Source: Mytilus edulis | Taxonomy: Eukaryota | NCBI RefSeq assembly: GCF_963676685.1 | Contig: NC_092354.1 | Span: 21,576,001 to 21,640,000 of the forward strand | Reading direction: 5' to 3' | Length of the DNA stretch: 64,000 nt | Shown: piece after piece, positions 37,801-47,128 of the stretch | How positions within the stretch are numbered: the stretch's first letter is position 1 | How the letters are laid out: every line of letters begins with the position of its first letter | Translations under genes and position numbers: made by a program | Notes under the pieces: generated by a model | Told to the model about the DNA's origin: nothing | Databases searched by the model: none | The model's input: only the letters and a program-made list of their open reading frames with translations

Positions 37801-39783
37801 TGTAAGCTCTCAGAGTTTACCATTTAAGCACTACAATCTTTTCTTTTTCTATGGGAAAAAGACATTATTCATACTTAAATGTTTGTCCCTAAAATTTTAT
37901 TAACTGTGAATTTGCATTCAGATATCGCAGATCAAATTATATTCGTTCATAGTGTGTTAATTTTCGTTTTTTGATTGCGTTAAGCCTGCCAATTGATATT
38001 TTATCGTGTGTTTTACTATGTTGTGATGTTATGCTATTGTTTCAGAAAAAGGTAGAAGGTTTGGTACCATTAAAACGTTTAATCCCGCTGCAAATGTTTG
38101 CACCTGTCCTAAGTCAGGAATCTTCTGTACAAATGTTGTCAGTTGTTTATGTAATTTATACGTGTTTCTCGTTTCTCGTTTTTTATATAGATTAGACCCT
38201 TGGTTTTCCCGTTTGAATGTTTTTCACTAGTAATTTTGAGGCCCTTTATAGCTTTTTGTTCGGTGTGAGCCAAGGCTCCGTGTTGAAGGCCGTAGATTGA
38301 CCTATAATGGTTTACGTTTATAAATTGTTATTTTCATGGAGAGTTGTCTCATTGGCACTCACACAACATCTTCCTATATCTATTATATAGCCGAATATTA
38401 ATATCATTTACTAAATGAATATATCATTTTATTTTTATTGATAATTTTTCCCTCTTTATTAGAACAAGGACACTATTTATACATAGAAGCATCGGATATG
38501 AATTATCAGAACTTTGTTCGATTGCTTTCCGATGATATTGCATGGCCACAGAGAACATGTTTAACGTTCTGGTATCATATGTATGGACATTTCATAGCAT
38601 CTTTAAGTGTTTATTTAAAGGTAAGTAAAACCAGTCAGAATATAGAACATAAGCGTATATGAAACTTTAATCTCTCTATAGAACACTTAAAATTGCAAAG
38701 GATAGCAAATGCCTACATGCACAGTTGATCGAACTATATCACGCATACAATGGCAAAAAAAAACCTCTATGTACATGCACCGTCGATTGCACTATAGAAC
38801 ACGTTGTAAAAAATAGCATATGCGCAAGGAACCACAATCATACTGTAGAACACATAAAAAGCAAAATAGGGAGCGTACATACGTAAAGAACTGTCGATCC
38901 TACTACAGAGCATAAAAATCAAAAACAGAAGCGTATTCGTACAGAAACCGTCAATCGCATTTAAAAAGAAGCATTTGATTTGATTACAGTAGCCATTAAT
39001 CGCGTCACGAAGCATATACAAGTCAAAAAGGCAGCGTATACGGATAGCATTACAAGGTACTGACAAAAAAGGGGAAACAAATGCAAATACATACAGAATC
39101 TGTCGATTGCTCTACAGAACACAGGTAGCATATGCGTACCATAACCCCACTATGGAGCACATCAACAATTAAATTGTAGCATATATGAGTACAGGGATTG
39201 AAGTCATAAAACTTTGCTCAGTGTTTGGAGCACAAAAGTCATGCTCCAAACATGAAATACAGCTTTTTGATTGGTTGATTTTCGAGTACGAGTACAAAAA
39301 TCTGACTCGAAAGTTTTATGACCGCAAGGCCTGGAATCGATACGTCGTAATGATTTTTAAAAACATCTCCACTGGCCACCTTTTTAGATAGTGGTAAAAT
39401 AAAACAATAAAGAAAAACAGACAAAATTTATAAAAACACAAAACAAACATAAATGGAGATTGAATTTGGTTGATCTATTATCGGAATGAACTCGTATTCT
39501 TTGACCTCAATACATTTGGTTGAATAAAACCATTGGCTGACTAGGTTTTTATTTTTTTTGTTTATATTATTTCAAAGTTTACAAATTGATATTAAAGGAT
39601 AGTGATGGTAATTTACAAAAATTATGGAGTCAGTCTGAAAACCATGGCAACAACTGGTTACCAGCTAAAATAAATTTACCAGATACTTCAGGACAAATAG
39701 TAATAGAGGGGTACAGGGGAGCAGATATACATGGCGATATAGCAATAGACGATATTGTACTGGTTCGTAATTGTGGTCCTTAA
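19798..39783 (+). CDS. Secreted protein: signal peptide + 2x Ly6/uPAR-like 12-Cys domains + Thr-rich mucin stalk + MAM domain (11 coding exons, ~523 aa)
   Basis: Exons 19798-19816, 22688-22729, 23842-23924, 25404-25475, 26610-26865, 27855-27946, 31478-31555, 35362-35800, 36825-36971, 38463-38620, 39598-39783. All junctions are GT-AG with matching phases; total 1572 nt with no internal stop. Confidence 0.85.
20022..20416 (-). mobile_element. Retrozyme-like / Penelope terminal-repeat element with two hammerheads 322 nt apart
   Basis: ~73-bp direct repeats at 20022-20094 and 20344-20416, each containing the hammerhead; decayed family members at ~3790-4015, ~37345-37700 and ~56560-57060. Confidence 0.8.
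20055..20098 (-). ncRNA. Minimal type I hammerhead ribozyme
   Basis: Minus strand GCGUCA CUGAUGA GUCU-UAUGU-AGAC GAAA CGCGCG UC UGGUGU: intact core with a palindromic minimal stem III. Confidence 0.85.
20530..20707. mobile_element. 177-bp MITE copy
   Basis: Same TIR and TA TSD. Confidence 0.9.
20712..21185 (+). mobile_element. LINE 3' fragment (…LCKKCEVLDDEFHFFLYC…, 3' UTR, AATAAA + (att)n tail)
   Basis: C-terminal Cys/His motif as in the other LINEs; inverted homolog at 2210-2690. Confidence 0.75.
21528..21708. mobile_element. MITE with ~38-bp TIR; its left junction is tandemly duplicated (21324-21445)
   Basis: aatt…tttcagaatctaaagcatcatgggtaat / attacccaggatgcattagattctgaaa…aatt. Confidence 0.7.
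22688..22729 (+). CDS. Exon 2 (signal peptide hydrophobic core YCVVFLFLNNLSAA)
   Basis: ttccattgtag acceptor, G|gtaagt donor, phase 1-1. Confidence 0.7.
22755..22985. repeat. ~39-bp intronic minisatellite
   Basis: tttggcaacattcttgtttactgtata units, 6 copies. Confidence 0.8.
23842..23924 (+). CDS. Exon 3, LU-like domain 1 start (DGGLTCLSCKHMVQPGDCFKLTTCGDHE)
   Basis: tatttcag acceptor, GAG|gtaaac donor; LxCxxC three-finger N-terminal pattern. Confidence 0.85.
24112..24287. mobile_element. TA-flanked MITE (TIR CTGTAAACCAACTTATTTTCGCG); relatives at ~36571-36770 and ~59270-59450
   Basis: 23-bp TIRs, TA TSD. Confidence 0.85.
25404..25475 (+). CDS. Exon 4 (QCYLRRYVTSSGTTWYDVGCLDNT)
   Basis: catttcag acceptor, ACG|gtacgt donor, phase 0-0; C...GC pattern. 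Confidence 0.85.
25541..26206. mobile_element. Interspersed element, possibly a non-autonomous Helitron/Helentron; partial copy at ~10178-10400
   Basis: Shared AACACACCCGTGATATC… start; internal duplication; GC hairpin at 26179-26206. Confidence 0.5.
26610..26865 (+). CDS. Exon 5, LU-like domain 1 end with 2x TLPPSIIGKRQ and C-x2-CC-x5-CN
   Basis: Within ORF 26577-26873; attcag acceptor, T|gtaagt donor; CC...CN motif typical of Ly6/uPAR domains. Confidence 0.9.
27855..27946 (+). CDS. Exon 6, LU-like domain 2 start (SLSNPGPICYSCKEAQTADSCDQIVQCGEDE)
   Basis: taacag acceptor, GAG|gtctgt donor; paralogous to exon 3 with the same phases. Confidence 0.85.
29288..30418 (+). mobile_element. 5'-truncated Penelope-like retroelement (RT C-terminus/thumb, no C-terminal GIY-YIG; Naiad/Chlamys-like)
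   Basis: TKIYDKRDDFSFPIVNYPFLDGDVPLSPSYGVYISQLVRFARVC… open to TAA at 29782; 3' part recurs at ~56690-56945 (+) and ~27308-27520 (-). Confidence 0.8.
29833..29899 (+). promoter_or_regulatory. SECIS element (form 2) in the 3' UTR of the Penelope-like element
   Basis: tcatat…ATGAT GGTATGATACT AAA CCC-ctaac-GGG a AGGATTGTGCC TGAT…atatga: AUGA/GA core, 11-bp helix II, apical AAA, mini-stem, helix I. Confidence 0.8.
30956..31163. mobile_element. TTAA-flanked MITE (relative at ~48950-49145)
   Basis: ttaa|GGAGGTAGACCTAGGTTAAGG…CCTTAACCTAGGTCTACCACC|ttaa. Confidence 0.8.
31478..31555 (+). CDS. Exon 7 (KCFIGQVFNRLSQEKRWTHGCKSNKT)
   Basis: gtttcag acceptor, ACG|gtttgt donor; paralogous to exon 4. 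Confidence 0.85.
32138..34848 (+). mobile_element. 5'-truncated young LINE (CR1/L2-type non-LTR retrotransposon)
   Basis: Uninterrupted RT frame from ~32139; AATAAA followed by a (gtttcaa)n tail; 5-bp duplication gttgc at 32133-37 and 34849-53. Confidence 0.95.
32280..34679 (+). CDS. LINE ORF2 reverse transcriptase (endonuclease lost by 5' truncation)
   Basis: NYRGI, QAGFR, DYRKAFDSV, GVRQG..LSP, YADD motifs; C-terminal ERIC-x2-C…DEFH…C. Confidence 0.95.
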   Translation: MLIKTTSNVKKHGCKKYNHCKKYFNSECYTKRKAYRKAKKYHYRVRSVVNHNDLVRKSKEYKNILKKQFCEFQKAFIGKLRGLRTSDPKSYWSLLNKGCEKGKATQQKVAMNVFFDHFKNLNNVVNDIDIVLPDNVTEYNTVINEPISEKDVLDAIKTLKNDKACSNDMILNEFLKHGAVKLLPVYVKIFNIIFESGIVPDSWSQGFICPIYKSKGDPASADNYRGITILSCYGKLFTCILNNRLFNYLECLGLLCEEQAGFRKGYGTVDHIFNLKCLIDMYLFRRKKLYCAFVDYRKAFDSVNRVLLWQKLLRNGIDGKMLIIVQNLYKNAKSCVRSGSNFSEFFASNVGVRQGENLSPLLFSIFLNDLTDFLSHAYNGLSDICNMSHLLFDNDDIEVFFKLYLLLYADDTVIFAESATELQSALNAMYLYCETWKLSVNVAKTNIVIFSKNRQGENTQFFYNNEPIAVLDDFLYLGTVFSRKGTFHNNKARLVQQARKAMFYVLCKARKLSLPIDILLQLFDAMVAPILLYGAEVWGYENNDIIESLHLEFCKYILKVKKCTPNYIVYGELGRTPMSICIKARMVGFWQRILNGKKEKISRTLYDMLHKLNEGDVYHSKWLLYIKDILIECGYGNYWYDQSVLRNINLSKNVKQVLHEKFVEGWKLQVYDSPKCINYRIYKSDFKFENYLTVLPPDLMYNLTKFRCGSHKLPIEAGRFFSINRAERICDLCNKQELGDEFHYIFNCNFFTQERLKFIPDHIYKNKNTVSLSNLMSSQDKYVLVGLAKFCKIVMSVFK
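35362..35800 (+). CDS. Exon 8, LU-like domain 2 end (CAYTQGKRD...CEECCEDHLCNNVC) plus mucin-like (TTLPTTKT)n stalk
   Basis: ttgtag acceptor, G|gtagga donor; ~24-nt Thr-rich repeats in ORF 35437-35910. Confidence 0.9.
35811..35981. mobile_element. Diverged relative of the 177-bp MITE, 10 nt downstream of the exon 8 donor
   Basis: ta|CAGTGAAACCTG…AAGTTACACTG|ta. Confidence 0.75.
36825..36971 (+). CDS. Exon 9, MAM domain N-terminal part (CDFEADLCNW...TGPDSDHTLG)
   Basis: MAM signature CDFE-x3-C-x-W and TGP-x2-DHT; G|gtaaga donor. Confidence 0.92.
38463..38620 (+). CDS. Exon 10, MAM domain middle (GHYLYIEAS...CLTFWYHMYG)
   Basis: MAM signature motifs; AAG|gtaagt donor. Confidence 0.92.
39598..39783 (+). 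CDS. Exon 11, MAM domain C-terminal part (…GNNW…GDIAIDDI…CGP*)
   Basis: GDIAIDDI MAM motif; stop TAA at 39781-39783. Confidence 0.9.
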   Translation, partial: DSDGNLQKLWSQSENHGNNWLPAKINLPDTSGQIVIEGYRGADIHGDIAIDDIVLVRNCGP

Positions 39784-40796
39784 TGTAAGTATCAGTTGAA
39801 TTAAAGGAAGTTCTCCACTCTAGATTTTGACCTTTTGTCAGAAAATTGGCATTCTCTAGTTTTATCCATGGAGAGGCATCACATAAAGGCAACAGTAGTA
39901 TACTGCTGTTCGAAATTACAGCAATATCATAAATCGATTTATAGAAAAACAAATCCGGGTTACGAACTAAAACTGAGGGAAACACATCAAACTTACGAGG
40001 AGAACAACGACACAACAGAATCACTAAAATGCAACACACACAAAAACGAACTATAGCATAGCAATTTCCTGATTTGTTAAGGACATTAAAAACAAAATGG
40101 TGGATTAAACCTGGTTTTAGAGCTAGCAAAACCGCTCATTTGTATGACAGTCGCATCAGAAACCATAATATTAACAGCGATGTGTGAACAAAACAAACTT
40201 ACCAATAGGTAAACATATCAGTGCCACATGTTGACCACGATCTGCTTACCCTTCCAGAGCACATGAGATCATCCCCAGTGTTTAATGGGGTTCATGTTGC
40301 TGTTGCTTTTTAACGATTGTTTATTACTATTTTCAGGTTTGATAACAGGTATGATAGGTTGTGGATATCGATTAGACGTACTATACATTGCTATATTGGG
40401 AAAATAGTGTTCATCTAAAGTTGCCTCTGTTTTAATAACTGTTTTTGGTTTTGTTTATTCAGGGATGTACATGGAACATCACACCATTTTTGTCCTCCTT
40501 TTCTCTAAAATAAATACTATTATAGCTAATAACGGTTTATTTATTCATTCGGCACACATCGGCAGACCCACATATCGTTAAATGTCGGGTAGCGGAATCT
40601 GCCGTGGTTTGCTGATGGATTTTTGATGTTTATGATTAGAAGAACGTCCTATGTATGCAATTTTCTTCCCTCAATACTCGGAAATATTCGACAATCTTCG
40701 TCAAATTAAACATGCACTCAAGATTTCATATCTCCTGGGGTAAAATTATAAATTATTCTGTTTAGTGCCGAAGTGTTTTAGGAATTTTAAAGTATT

Positions 40797-41150
40797 TTAT
40801 CATAAGAACCAATTCCGTTGGAACAGTTTCTTCGGACAATAATTCTATTTAAGTGTATAGATTATCCTGTTTAGTCGCACTATGTCATGCATTTTTACGC
40901 GTATATTATCATAAGAACCAATTCCTTTGGAACAGTTTCTTCGGACAATAATTCTATTTAAGTGTATAGATTATCCTGTTTAGTCCCGTACTATGTCATG
41001 CATTTTTACGCGTATATTATCATAAGAACCAATCCCTTTGGAACAGTTTCTTCCGGACAATAATTCTATTTAAATGTTTAGATTATCCTGTTTAGTGCCG
41101 TACTGTGTCATGAATTTTTAACATAAGAAAAAATTACTTTGGAACAGTTT
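40797..41150. repeat. ~110-bp tandem repeat, 3+ copies
   Basis: tcataagaaccaattcc.ttggaacagtttcttcggac… repeated. Confidence 0.9.
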
Positions 41151-42431
41151 AGATATGGTGTAATTTGAGCTAGAGTTATTTCCCTTGCAATTGGTCGTCA
41201 TGTTTTGCGGTGTAATTGGGTGCCTTCATAATTGATACCCGATAAGAGATTCATGCTAGATCTGATGAACCCTGGCAAAAAAAGTGAAATATCATGGCGT
41301 TAAAAAGGTATGAACCCTTGCTATCATAGTTTCAGTTGATTTTTTTTTAAACCAACCAGTCAATGTTTTTAATAAAAATGATAATGATAAAAAAAAAACA
41401 TTTCTAAGAGAGAGAAGACGAACAGTCCAACACAAACAAAAATAGTCCACACAACAAAAACGTCATTGCAAGTGATTGAACCCATAAAAAATGGGGGAAA
41501 CAACAGATGTTGGATTACCTAAAAATCATTGGATTCTGATTTGGCTTTATCAATTTGTCTATGTCTGGGCGATAGTATTTCCCTTTCGGAGCATCTTGTG
41601 ATCACCCCAAGTTTTTGTTAGGGTTCCTATTGCTTAGTCTTTAGTTATGCTTTGTGTACTATTATTTGCCTGTTTGTCTTTATCTTTTAGCCATGGCGTT
41701 GTCAGTTTATTTTCGATCTAGAAGTTTGACTGTCCCTCTGGTATCTTTCGCCCCTCTTTTTATAATAGTTATGAGTTCTAACAAGAATCAGATCTTGGAG
41801 TCATCGCTTCAATCGAAAATTATCTTTAAATGTCGACCAGTCAATAAATGACAGAAAACATCATATCTAAGAGAGAAAGAAAAAAAACCAGCCACACACT
41901 GTTCCCTGTCCCCCCCCCCCAAAAAAAACCCAGTCCACACCAAAAAAAAGATCGTGCTACTGAACCTATACAACAGGAAATACACACATACTCACAATGG
42001 GCACAGATGCTGTAGTTCCCTAGAAATTAATAGATTTTGATTAGGCTTTATCGGTTTGTTTTCTTATGCGCGAGAATATTAGAAATGACGTTATTTTCTA
42101 TTTAGTTTATACTTAATTTGCCAGTTTTATGTTCACTTGTTAAACAAAGAGACAAATGGATCGTTTAAGTTTATCAGAAAATATTGATTAAGACAATATC
42201 ATTATATTGTACTGAATTTTGTTTAATTGCTTCGATGTAAAAATATGTTGGTTTATGATGTTTACATAAATAGTTATGTCCAATATCATATTTAGTTTAA
42301 GTAAAGAGCAATCACATTTTTGTCATTCTACCCAGAATGCAGCGAAAACATATACTGAAAGGAATCATTTTAATAGTTTAAAGTGGTCCATTAGCAATTT
42401 TATCTCATGAACTAGCTTCAATCGCACAAAC

Positions 42432-42731
42432 ATGAATTTTTTGTTTAGAATTATAATTGTTTTTGGAACTATCCTCATAACGCCTCGTTGTTGTCAAACA
42501 AAAGAGAAAATATTCAGCAGAACTTCTGGTTTTCGAATAATGGCGTCTTTGACAGAACCTGAAATAAGTGTAGCCATTATGGAAGATTGTGTTGTTTACT
42601 GTATGCAGACAACATTATGTGTTGCTGCTAATTACAAACCTGACAGTAACATCTGTGAACTATCGAGGATCCATCCTAATGACCCGAGTTTCGAATTACG
42701 TATGAGACCAAATTGGAGTTATATATTCTGA
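42432..42731 (+). CDS. Small secreted PAN/apple-domain protein, paralog 1 (99 aa, intronless)
   Basis: Hydrophobic N-terminus; EDC-x3-C-x5-C-x3-NY-x6-CELS PAN pattern; homologous to three other ORFs in the window. Confidence 0.85.
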   Translation: MNFLFRIIIVFGTILITPRCCQTKEKIFSRTSGFRIMASLTEPEISVAIMEDCVVYCMQTTLCVAANYKPDSNICELSRIHPNDPSFELRMRPNWSYIF

Positions 42732-44224
42732 GATTTCATTTTGAGGAAGGTTTACAGAATCCAGAATGTGTGACTTTCTAACTGAAAATACTTCTTTTTG
42801 CCTCTTTTCTGTTTTCTATACAACAAATGAATATGTGTCCTTGGAAATGTGCGAACAGTGTATTTTCATATTTTCAATTAAGTGAAAGTTTGGTTTGATT
42901 TTTTGGGAATAAATAAAGAAAAAAGAGAATGATTGATGAATTTATTTTCCCGTTAATTATTTCGGATTTATTTTTTACACTTCCATTTCCAATGTATATG
43001 CACAAATAACAATCACCACAATGGGCCTACATGAAACTAGGTTGAACCTTCAACCAATGATTTCACAGAATGAAACATCAATCAGTACTTCTCCAATGGA
43101 CTTAGTGCTCGTCTCAAATTTTAGGAAACTGTTTTCCTATTGGTAAGTTTTTTTTTTTATTGAATTGATTTTTGGCTTAGCATCGATTTGACGATCCTTG
43201 TCAATTTTCAACCGATGTTAATAGTTTGAACAAACTGATATAAGTATAAAATTTAGGTTTCAAACTATTTTTTCTCTAAAAAAGAAATAAGATGTGGTAT
43301 CAGTGTCAATGAGACACCTCTCCCTTCAAGTCACCGAGTGTAAAAAGTAAACATTGTAAACAACTTCTGCCTTCATTACGAAGCTTTGGCTCACAGCGAA
43401 AATCAAGCTATAATGAGCCTTAAAATGACTAGACGCGTAAAACAATAAAAAAAATGGAAAAAACCACGATTTAATCTATCTGCAAAAACGTGAAACGCGC
43501 GCGAAACACACGAGCCACACCAAGAAACGACAATTACTCCTAATTTTCAAAACTGCACCTCGGAAAGGAACATGAAGAGTGGTTATTTCCTGTTTGTTTT
43601 GTTTGATATATAAAGATATGTAGCTCATTTAACAGCAGCTAAATTTGGAATCAATGTCACATAAAAATGAAACGAGGTCAACTCATACATCGTTATAAAT
43701 AGATATAGGAAAACATGTATATGCCAATATATAGAATATATTTATAATCAAATTCATGATTGCATTTTTTTTAAAAGAAAGTAACTTGTCACATTTTGTA
43801 ACAGGTATTATAGGTGATGGATATTGCTGAAAAGCAATACTAGAATATTGGAAACAATAAAATATTGTGTCTCTGTTTTGATAGATGACGAGATTGATTT
43901 TGTTTATTCAGCGATATCTATATTAAGGAATATCAGATTTTATTTTTCTGTTTTCTCATTTTCACAATAGTAATTGCAATATCGAATACATAACGTTTTT
44001 TTTTTAATTTTCATGCCAGGGGAGTGTTAAAGGTATGCAATTTTCGTATGGCAACGTTCATCTAATAAAACACAAGGGTTCATATATATAATCGAATTGA
44101 CCATATGTATTCAAAGTGATGAATTAATGAAGGCTTTAATAAATTAAAATTGTTCTAGAACGACATTTTTACTTGTCGTCTAATTTTGGAGAATTTTGAA
44201 TAGAGTTAGGCACGTTGATGCTAA

Positions 44225-44730
44225 AAATGATAGTTAGTTCCCGCTCTACTAGGCGCCTGTATTGTTACTCATTGATGGCAAGTAGTTCCTTTTCCACTAA
44301 GCGCATGTAGTGTAACGGATTGGTGGTCAAAAGTTCCTGATCCACTTTGCACCACTAATGTTACTCACATTGACTGTAAGTAGTTCCAAATCGACTAGGT
44401 ATGATGGTAAATAGTTCACGATCCAGTAGGCGTCCGTAGTGTTACTCTTTGATGGTAAGTTGTTTCCGGTCCACTGTGTCCCAGTAGTATTTCCCTTATT
44501 GAATGAAAGTAGTTCCCGATCCACATGGCGTCCGTGGTGTTTCTCTTTGATGGTAAGAAGTTCCCGGTCAATTATGAACCCGTAGTATTTCTCCTATTGA
44601 TTGTAAGCACTTCCCGATTCACTTAGCGCCCGTAGTGTTACTAATTGATGGTCAGTAGTTTCCAATCAACTAGGCGATTGTAATGTTACTCACCGACAAT
44701 AAGTAGTTCACGATCTACTAAGTTCCGCTC
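44225..44730. repeat. ~50-bp degenerate minisatellite, ~10 copies
   Basis: gtagttcccgatccactaggcgtccgtagtgttactc units. Confidence 0.85.
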
Positions 44731-45180
44731 TGCTAGGTGTCGATAGTTGTCCATTCTGGTATCTTTCGCTTTTTCTCAAGAGCTCTATATTCCATTCTTC
44801 TTTAAAGTTCCCAAAATGAATTCTAATAATAAAATGTAAGAATTCGTCCAAATAGTTTCAGAATAGAAAACTTTTGAAAAATAAAAAACATATAATTGAT
44901 AAATTGCTAACATATTAAATCCTTTTTGATCTTTCGACCTTTCTTTTAAAGACTGAGAATGTTCGAAATGCGTTGATTTATATATAGTTGATCCTTAATT
45001 GATTTTGTCGGTATGCTAGCTCCTCTATATGTTAATCAAATGTATTTACTTATCTCAAATATAACAAAATGATAAAACAAAGCAACATTGAATATAACAG
45101 TAGACAATAAAAAGATCTTCCAAGTTTATCAGAACATGTAGGTTAACACTATATTATCATATTGAGTTGATATTTAATTT

Positions 45181-45568
45181 AATAGACCACTTTCGAGTTC
45201 ATCCGTCACCGGCAAAAACTCGTCAATTATGCGCGCCTTTATGACGTCATTTACCAGATAGAGGGGATCGCCTGTATCCCTGCAATATTTACGTTCATCA
45301 AGCGTGTTAGTGATCGTCGTTGTGCATGATAAACTAGAAATAATGGTTGTTCTGTAGGTACTTAATGACAATTCCCTAATGACAGCAGTGCTGATTGTCA
45401 ATTTTGAGAATTTAATTTGGCTGAATAATTCGTACAATATAGAATTATAGTTTTCCAACCACTCGCTCAACATTGAAACGGAAGTGACGACACCCCTAAA
45501 CGCACAAATGACGTTCACTAAAACCAGAGTTTTTGACGGAAATGCATCGAACTCGAAAGTTGTCTATT
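45181..45568. mobile_element. Non-autonomous DNA transposon with 20-bp TIR, inserted upstream of the PAN pseudogene
   Basis: AATAGACCACTTTCGAGTTC…GAACTCGAAAGTTGTCTATT; absent from the paralogous flank at ~42220. Confidence 0.8.
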
Positions 45569-45825
45569 GCTTTATTGTTAAAACATGTTGTTTTATGAAG
45601 TTAAAATATATGTGTCAAATATCGTTTGGATATACTATCACAATAGATACCAGGATTACAATTATGACGCATATGGAGGTATAGAAAAAAATATTTGGGT
45701 TTTTCTTCTTTTCAGAAAGCAGCAAAGTCGAAAACTGAAGGAAAGCAATTCAAGGATTTTTTATTCCATTGACTAAAAATGTACAATCTGATCTTGTTGA
45801 TCGGTACTTTATTGATATATAAGAT

Positions 45826-47128
45826 GATCCTCGTAACATCTTGCTGTTACACGCAACAGAAGGTAAAATCACAAAAATACTGAACTTAGAGGAAAATCAA
45901 TTCGGAAAGTCCATAATCACATGGCAAAATCAAAAAACAAAACGCATCAAAAACGAATGGACAAGAACTGTCATATTCCTGACTTGGTACAGGCATTTAT
46001 GGTGAATTAAACCTTGTTTTATATCGATAACCCTCTCACTTTGATGACAGTCTCATCAGATACCGTTACATTTACAATGATGCGTTAACTAACCAGACAC
46101 AATAAATAAAATAGTCAAAATATGGTTACAGCAGTCATCATCGTGTTACAATTTTAAAAGGAACAATTTGACAGAACACAAAAACATCTATCTACAAACA
46201 CATTCATTGATTTGCGTGTCTGACGTCAGAAAATTTTATACGTCACATATATTTTTCGTTCAATGTACATACAAACAATTTCGGAATTTCACATAGGCAA
46301 TGTTAGCTTACAGGGTTAAAAATCAGAAGTATGTAAGAATAAATTTCAGAAATAGACCGAGATTTAAAATAGTCCAAAAGTTATATAGAATTTAAAAGAA
46401 TCCACAAATAGGTAATTCCACTTCGCGATTGAATGATTTTGACGATTGTGGTTCAACGTATTTTGTAATTCATAATAAAAATATATCATAATGACATGAA
46501 ATAGAACAATATGATACTGACGAGATCTTTTAAAGTACAGAGTAACGTTATAAAAGAAAACATTCATAACTATTTCTGACATAAATATTCAGGCGCAATG
46601 GACAACACATGATCCTTTCGTGTCAACTCGGCCGATTCCGTGTCCTCATCTAAGATAGAAAGAGCGGATTCTACCGAGGATTGCCGAATGCTCATGATCC
46701 TTTCGTGTCCATTATGGAGGATTTTTTAGTTTACTGTCATTAAAGCGAGAGGTTCGGTATGCCACAAAACCAGGTTCAACCCACCATTTTTCCATAAAAT
46801 GACCTGTACCAAGTCAGAAAAATGGCTATTGTTACATTATAGTTCGTTTTTGTGTGTGTTACATTTCGGTGTTGTGTCGTAGTTCTCTTATATTTGATAC
46901 GTTTCCCTCAGTTTTAGTTTGTAGCTCGGATTTGTTTTTCTCTATCGATTTATGATTTTTTAACAGCAGTATACTACTGTTGCCTTTATTTACTGTGTGT
47001 AGACAACATTATGTGTTTTCTTCTTATTACAACACTGACAATAATCGCTGTCAACTATCGACGTTTAATCCCAATGACCCGGGAGTGAATATAGTTCAGA
47101 GAAATAAATGGACTATATTTTTCTACTT
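45826..47128 (+). pseudogene. PAN/apple paralog fragmented by three insertions
   Basis: Pieces at ~45826-45856, ~46545-46624, 46710-46737 and 46997-47128 (…NNRCQLSTFNPNDPGVNIVQRNKWTIFY) align to the intact paralogs; frameshifted. Confidence 0.8.

Noticed and set aside
44225-44730. CRISPR-like appearance of regularly spaced repeats (also 40797-41150 and 56087-56230)
   Set aside because: The units are contiguous degenerate tandem repeats without unique spacers, in a eukaryotic context with no cas genes.
45174-45518. 114-aa minus-strand ORF
   Set aside because: It lies within a non-autonomous TIR element and has no transposase motifs.
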